A stretch of 42,798 nt of DNA. Origin: Actinomycetota bacterium. GTDB lineage: Bacteria > Actinomycetota > Actinomycetes > S36-B12 > UBA5976. Below the pieces are notes generated by a model. It searched no databases, was not told the DNA's origin, and saw only the letters and a list, made by a program, of their open reading frames with translations. The stretch is taken from NCBI GenBank assembly GCA_041179585.1, contig JBEGTB010000007.1, forward strand, positions 1 to 42,798. The letters run 5' to 3'. Positions within the stretch are counted from its first letter, which is position 1. Each line of letters opens with the position of its first letter. A program made the position numbers and the translations under genes. Below, piece by piece: positions 38,554 to 42,798 of this stretch.

Positions 38554-39522
38554 ATGCCAGCAGTAACCGCAGACACCATGGCATTACCAAGAGTTTTAGT
38601 AAACCCATTAGGCAAAGTTCGCCAAGTGAAAAGTATTACCAATGCGCCGCAAGCATACGAAGGTGAAGGCTTCCCGGTAAGACGCGCATTTGCAGGAATA
38701 TCACCAAGAGACTTAGATCCATTTATTCACATGGATCAAATGGGTGAAGTCGAATACCTTCCAGGTGAACCAAAGGGAACACCATGGCATCCGCACCGTG
38801 GTTTTGAAACCTTCACTTACTTAATGGATGGTCAATTCATCCACCAAGATTCACATGGTGGAGGTGGCACCATTCTTGAAGGTGGCACCCAATACATGAC
38901 CGCTGGCGATGGCATCTTGCACATCGAAACCCCACCAGAGAAATTAGTCATGTCAGGTGGCACATTCCATGGTGTTCAGCTTTGGATTAATTTGCCTAAA
39001 GCAAAGAAAAGAATTGCACCTCAGTACCAAGATCTGCAAGGTCGTGATTCCGCACTTGCCACATCAGCTGATGGTGGCGCCTTGATTCGCGTGCTAGCCG
39101 GAGAAGTTGCTGGACACAGGGGTCCTGGAATTTCACACACCCCACTTTCAATCACACATGTGACCGTAGCACCTGGCGCGCAAGCCGATATTCCATGGCG
39201 TAAAGATTTCAATGCACTTGCTTACGTGCTTGCAGGAGAGGGTTCAGTTGGACCTGCGGGTCACCCAGTTAAAACAGGTCAGATGGCAGTGCTCACTGAT
39301 GGCGACACAGTTCGACTAAGAGCCAATGAAATTCAAAACAGTAAAAATAAAAATCTTGAAGTCTTCCTAATTGGTGGTATGCCACTTCATGAGCGTGTAT
39401 TTATGTATGGACCGTTTGTAATGAGCAGCCAAGAAGAAGTTATGCAGGCTGTTGAGGATTATCAAAAAGGTCGCTTTGGCCAAATTCCAGTCGATGCGAT
39501 CATGCCGCATCGGCCAATCTAG
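38554..39522 (+). CDS. Pirin family protein
   Basis: EGEGF.VRR, DPF, HPHRGFET.TY, H.DS.G, TAG.GI.H.E, QLWINLP and YGPFVM motifs. Confidence 0.95.
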   Translation: MPAVTADTMALPRVLVNPLGKVRQVKSITNAPQAYEGEGFPVRRAFAGISPRDLDPFIHMDQMGEVEYLPGEPKGTPWHPHRGFETFTYLMDGQFIHQDSHGGGGTILEGGTQYMTAGDGILHIETPPEKLVMSGGTFHGVQLWINLPKAKKRIAPQYQDLQGRDSALATSADGGALIRVLAGEVAGHRGPGISHTPLSITHVTVAPGAQADIPWRKDFNALAYVLAGEGSVGPAGHPVKTGQMAVLTDGDTVRLRANEIQNSKNKNLEVFLIGGMPLHERVFMYGPFVMSSQEEVMQAVEDYQKGRFGQIPVDAIMPHRPI

Positions 39523-39574
39523 GGTTTAATTCAAAACCCGTAGAATTAGGGCGGAACTTTTAAAGTTCAAAGTA

Positions 39575-39647
39575 GCGCCCGTGGCTCAATGGATAGAGCA
39601 ACAGGTTTCTACCCTGTCGGTTGGGGGTTCGAGTCCCTCCGGGCGCG
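39575..39647 (+). tRNA. tRNA-Arg (TCT), CCA not encoded
   Basis: Acceptor GCGCCCG/CGGGCGC, D-arm GCTC..GAGC, anticodon arm ACAGG-TTTCTAC-CCTGT, T-loop GTTCGAG. Confidence 0.96.
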
Positions 39648-39654
39648 CTCTTGA

Positions 39655-40473
39655 TTAACGCAATATTCCTTGCATCGCTAGCGCACCATTTTCATTTGCA
39701 ATCCAAAGATTAGTCTGACCTAGCTCACGTTTTCCATGAACTGTGAACCCATTTGGCAAAGTCACCGGGCTTTTTGCCCTGTATTCAAATTCATTGAAGC
39801 TGCAATTATTTTGCTTGGCTAGATCAAGTAACAAAGTTGCCAAAAGTGGTCCGTGCACGATTAACCCGGCATAACCCTCAACTTCGCGGGTGTAGTTCAC
39901 GTCGTAGTGAATTCGGTGACTATTGAAAGTTAACGCTGAATATCTAAAAAGGGTTGTTTCATCCAATTTCCAACTGGCTTGAAAATCAGAATCAGTACTG
40001 GCTATTTCTGGCTGGGCAGTGGAACTTTGTTTGGCTGCACTTCTATAAACGATGTTGTGTTCTTCTTGAATACACAATCTTCCTGATTGATGTATTTGGT
40101 GCTCAACGGTTACAAAAATTAAATCGCCAGTTCGACCAGATTTTTCTTCAATACTTAAAATTTTGGAATTTCGTTTGGCTTCTTTGCCTATTTCAACTTG
40201 GTTATGCCATTTGATGTTTCCACCAGCCCACATTCGACGGGGAAGCGGAAAGTTAGGCATACTTACGCCAAGTTTGGTGTGACCATCGTGGCCAAGATCT
40301 GATGCCTTGGCTTGTTCATGGAAGTAAAGCCAATGCCATGCAGGTGGAAGTTTGTCACCTGATGCAAGTGATGGGGCGCGATCAAGCGTTGCTTCTAGTT
40401 TTTGAACTTGGGCAGAATCAATAAAAGATTCAATAGAAGTCTGCTTTTCAAGCCAACTATCCCAATTGCCCAT
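39655..40473 (-). CDS. Double hot-dog (MaoC/FAS1-like) acyl-CoA hydratase, mesaconyl-C4-CoA/itaconyl-CoA hydratase-like
   Basis: LPP.WHWLYF, LG.DGH, PRRMWAGG, LFRYSALTFN.HRIHYD and VHGPL motifs. Confidence 0.85.
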   Translation of the reverse strand: MGNWDSWLEKQTSIESFIDSAQVQKLEATLDRAPSLASGDKLPPAWHWLYFHEQAKASDLGHDGHTKLGVSMPNFPLPRRMWAGGNIKWHNQVEIGKEAKRNSKILSIEEKSGRTGDLIFVTVEHQIHQSGRLCIQEEHNIVYRSAAKQSSTAQPEIASTDSDFQASWKLDETTLFRYSALTFNSHRIHYDVNYTREVEGYAGLIVHGPLLATLLLDLAKQNNCSFNEFEYRAKSPVTLPNGFTVHGKRELGQTNLWIANENGALAMQGILR

Positions 40474-40611
40474 ACCTTGATCGTAATCGCTTCTGACTTT
40501 TAGTTATTCACAGGCGAACTAATTTCACAGCCTTTAATCACTTTCTTGTTTCACTTCTTGCCCCAGATGTAAATAGCCACTTAGTCAAAAGAAAAGAAAT
40601 AAGGAGTTTCT

Positions 40612-41007
40612 ATGAGTAATTCATTAATCCAAGTGATCGGCAATGTTGCCTCAGATATCCGATTTAATTCAACTGCTGAAGGTATTCCAGTTGCTAGTTT
40701 TCGCCTAGCTGCCACCGAGCGAAAGTTTGATCGCACGCTTTCGCGCTGGGTTGATGGCGATGTCAATTGGTACACAGTTTCTTGTTGGCGGGCGCTAGCC
40801 GAAAACGTTACTGAATCGATTAATAAAGGGGACCCGATCTTTGTGGTTGGCAGGTTAAATGTCAGAACTTGGGAACGTGATGAGCGCACTGGAATCTCAT
40901 TGGATATCACCGCTGAATTAATTGGTCATGATTTATCTAGGGGAACTGCCAAATTCCAGCGTGGGATCAAAGTAATGAGTGAGGAAAGTAGCACCTATGC
41001 CGCTTAA
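40612..41007 (+). CDS. ssb: Single-stranded DNA-binding protein, short paralog lacking the acidic tail
   Basis: OB-fold (GNV..D, F.LA, V.CWR.LAEN...S..KGDP..V.GRL, IGHDL..G); no C-terminal DDIPF-type tip; conserved actinobacterial position before ettA. Confidence 0.88.
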   Translation: MSNSLIQVIGNVASDIRFNSTAEGIPVASFRLAATERKFDRTLSRWVDGDVNWYTVSCWRALAENVTESINKGDPIFVVGRLNVRTWERDERTGISLDITAELIGHDLSRGTAKFQRGIKVMSEESSTYAA

Positions 41008-41021
41008 GTAGAATTGAGCGC

Positions 41022-42716
41022 ATGGCTGAGTACATTTACACCCTGGCAAAAGCACGCAAAGCACATGGCGACAAAGTAATTCTTGATGACGTAACCCTTT
41101 CATTTTTACCTGGCGCAAAGATTGGCGTCGTTGGTCCAAATGGTGCAGGTAAATCAAGTTTGTTAAAGATCATGGCTGGGGTGGAAAAGCTATCCAATGG
41201 TGATGCATTCTTAAGCCCTGGTTTCACTGTTGGCATGCTGGCTCAGGAACCAGATCTAGATGATGACAAAACAGTTTTAGAAAACGTAGAACTGGGTGTG
41301 GCAGAAACCAAAGCAATGCTTGATCGCTTCAATGAAATCTCAGCGCAGATGGGCGACCCAGATGCTGACTTTGACACTTTGATGGCTGAGATGGGCACAC
41401 TTCAAGAGCAGATCGATCATCGCAATGCTTGGGATCTAGATAGCCAACTTGAACAAGCAATGGATGCACTTCGCTGCCCACCAAGTGAAGCAGATGTGAA
41501 AGTTCTTTCCGGTGGTGAACGCCGCCGCGTGGCTTTATGTAAATTGCTTTTGCAACAGCCAGATTTATTACTGCTTGATGAACCAACTAACCACCTTGAT
41601 GCGGAAAGCGTTAACTGGTTAGAACAACATTTAGAAAAATACCCAGGAACTGTTGTGGCAATTACCCACGACCGTTACTTCCTAGACAACGTGGCTGATT
41701 GGATTCTCGAACTAGACCGAGGCCGCGCTTACCCATATGAAGGTAACTACTCAACATATCTTGAAAAGAAACAAGCACGTCTAAAAGTTGAAGGCGCTAA
41801 AGATGCCAAACTTCAACGACGTTTAGGTGAAGAACTTGAATGGGTTCGCTCAAATGCCAAAGCACGTCAAACAAAGAGCCGTGCTCGTTTGGATCGCTAT
41901 GAAGAAATGGCACTTGAAGCTGAGAAGACTCGCAAACTTGATTTTGAAGAAATTCAAATTCCACCGGGCCCGCGTCTAGGTAACGTCGTAATCGAATCCG
42001 AAGGTTTAACTAAAGGCTTTGGCGATCGACTACTTATCGACAATCTTTCATTCACTTTGCCGCGTAACGGCATCGTTGGTGTGATTGGTCCTAACGGTGT
42101 TGGTAAAACGACACTGTTTCGCATGATTGTTGCGGCAGCTACTGAAGACGCAAGTGATGCATCAGCCCAGCCTGATTCAGGAAAACTTCGCGCTGGTGAC
42201 ACTGTAAAACTTTCTTATGTTGATCAGAGTCGTGCTGGCCTTGATCCAGCAAAGAACGTTTGGGAAGTTGTTTCTGATGGTCTGGACTGGATTAAAGTTG
42301 GCCAAGTTGAAATGCCATCACGTGCTTATGTTGGTGCATTTGGTTTCAAGGGTCCTGATCAGCAAAAGCCATCTGGTGTTCTATCTGGTGGTGAACGTAA
42401 CCGCTTAAATCTTGCACTTACTTTGAAGCAAGGTGGAAACGTACTGTTACTGGACGAACCAACGAACGACCTTGATGTTGAAACTTTAGGATCACTAGAG
42501 AATGCACTTCTAGAATTCCCAGGTTGTGCTGTGATCACTTCCCACGACCGCTGGTTCCTAGACCGTATTGCAACCCACATCTTGGCTTATGAAGGTGACT
42601 CACAATGGTTCTGGTTTGAAGGAAACTTCGAATCATACGAAAAGAACAAGATTGATCGTCTTGGCGCAGAAGCTGCCAGACCTCACCGCGCAACTTACCG
42701 AAAGCTAACTCGCTAA
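41022..42716 (+). CDS. ettA: Energy-dependent translational throttle ABC-F protein
   Basis: Two ABC domains (GPNGAGKS, GPNGVGKT, two LSGGE, two LDEPTN), ELEWVR linker and EIQIPPGPRLG. Confidence 0.95.
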   Translation: MAEYIYTLAKARKAHGDKVILDDVTLSFLPGAKIGVVGPNGAGKSSLLKIMAGVEKLSNGDAFLSPGFTVGMLAQEPDLDDDKTVLENVELGVAETKAMLDRFNEISAQMGDPDADFDTLMAEMGTLQEQIDHRNAWDLDSQLEQAMDALRCPPSEADVKVLSGGERRRVALCKLLLQQPDLLLLDEPTNHLDAESVNWLEQHLEKYPGTVVAITHDRYFLDNVADWILELDRGRAYPYEGNYSTYLEKKQARLKVEGAKDAKLQRRLGEELEWVRSNAKARQTKSRARLDRYEEMALEAEKTRKLDFEEIQIPPGPRLGNVVIESEGLTKGFGDRLLIDNLSFTLPRNGIVGVIGPNGVGKTTLFRMIVAAATEDASDASAQPDSGKLRAGDTVKLSYVDQSRAGLDPAKNVWEVVSDGLDWIKVGQVEMPSRAYVGAFGFKGPDQQKPSGVLSGGERNRLNLALTLKQGGNVLLLDEPTNDLDVETLGSLENALLEFPGCAVITSHDRWFLDRIATHILAYEGDSQWFWFEGNFESYEKNKIDRLGAEAARPHRATYRKLTR

Positions 42717-42718
42717 CC

Positions 42719-42798
42719 ATGCTTGAAGTAGTCGTTCCAATTCACCTTCGCTGGGGTGACATGGACGTCTATGGTCACATTAATAACGTGGCGTACGC
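42719..42798 (+). CDS. Acyl-CoA thioesterase (4HBT family), 5' fragment cut by the window end
   Basis: Manual translation MLEVVVPIHLRWGDMDVYGHINNVAY contains the RW.DMD.YGH.NN motif; not in the ORF track. Confidence 0.85.
   Translation, partial: MLEVVVPIHLRWGDMDVYGHINNVAY

Noticed and set aside
1-42798. Prophage, IS element, CRISPR array or defence system
   Set aside because: No integrase, transposase, phage or cas ORFs and no regularly spaced repeats were seen; nearly all sequence is explained by metabolic or housekeeping genes.

Overview
Chromosomal segment of an actinobacterium with moderate GC (about mid-40s % from hand-counted lines). The ssb-ettA-thioesterase order, orn beside tRNA-His and many leaderless genes fit a small-genome actinobacterium such as Nanopelagicales, but the lineage is an inference. 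About 33.6 kb (2255-35884) is one compact choline/glycine betaine catabolic island. It holds betA, betB, a ProVWX-type ABC importer and a pyrrolysine-free cobalamin-dependent methyltransferase system (MttB/MtgB-family enzyme, corrinoid protein, pterin-binding methyltransferase, ASKHA/RACE reactivase, DUF1638). It also holds MetV/MetF, dimethylglycine oxidase, sarcosine oxidase soxBDAG, folD, fhs, and NAD-linked formate dehydrogenase fdsGBAD with moeA, mobA and fdhD. Together these could remove all three betaine methyls and oxidise them to CO2 through a reversed THF methyl branch, joining enzymes best known from anaerobes with O2-consuming oxidases. Two IclR regulators are present, and two distinct operator motifs are readable in the sequence. 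The flanks are housekeeping or accessory genes: ppc (partial), a flavodoxin-fold quinone reductase, tRNA-His, orn, an ABC1 kinase, pirin, tRNA-Arg, a hot-dog hydratase, ssb, ettA and a partial thioesterase. No integrase, transposase, CRISPR array or rRNA gene was seen.
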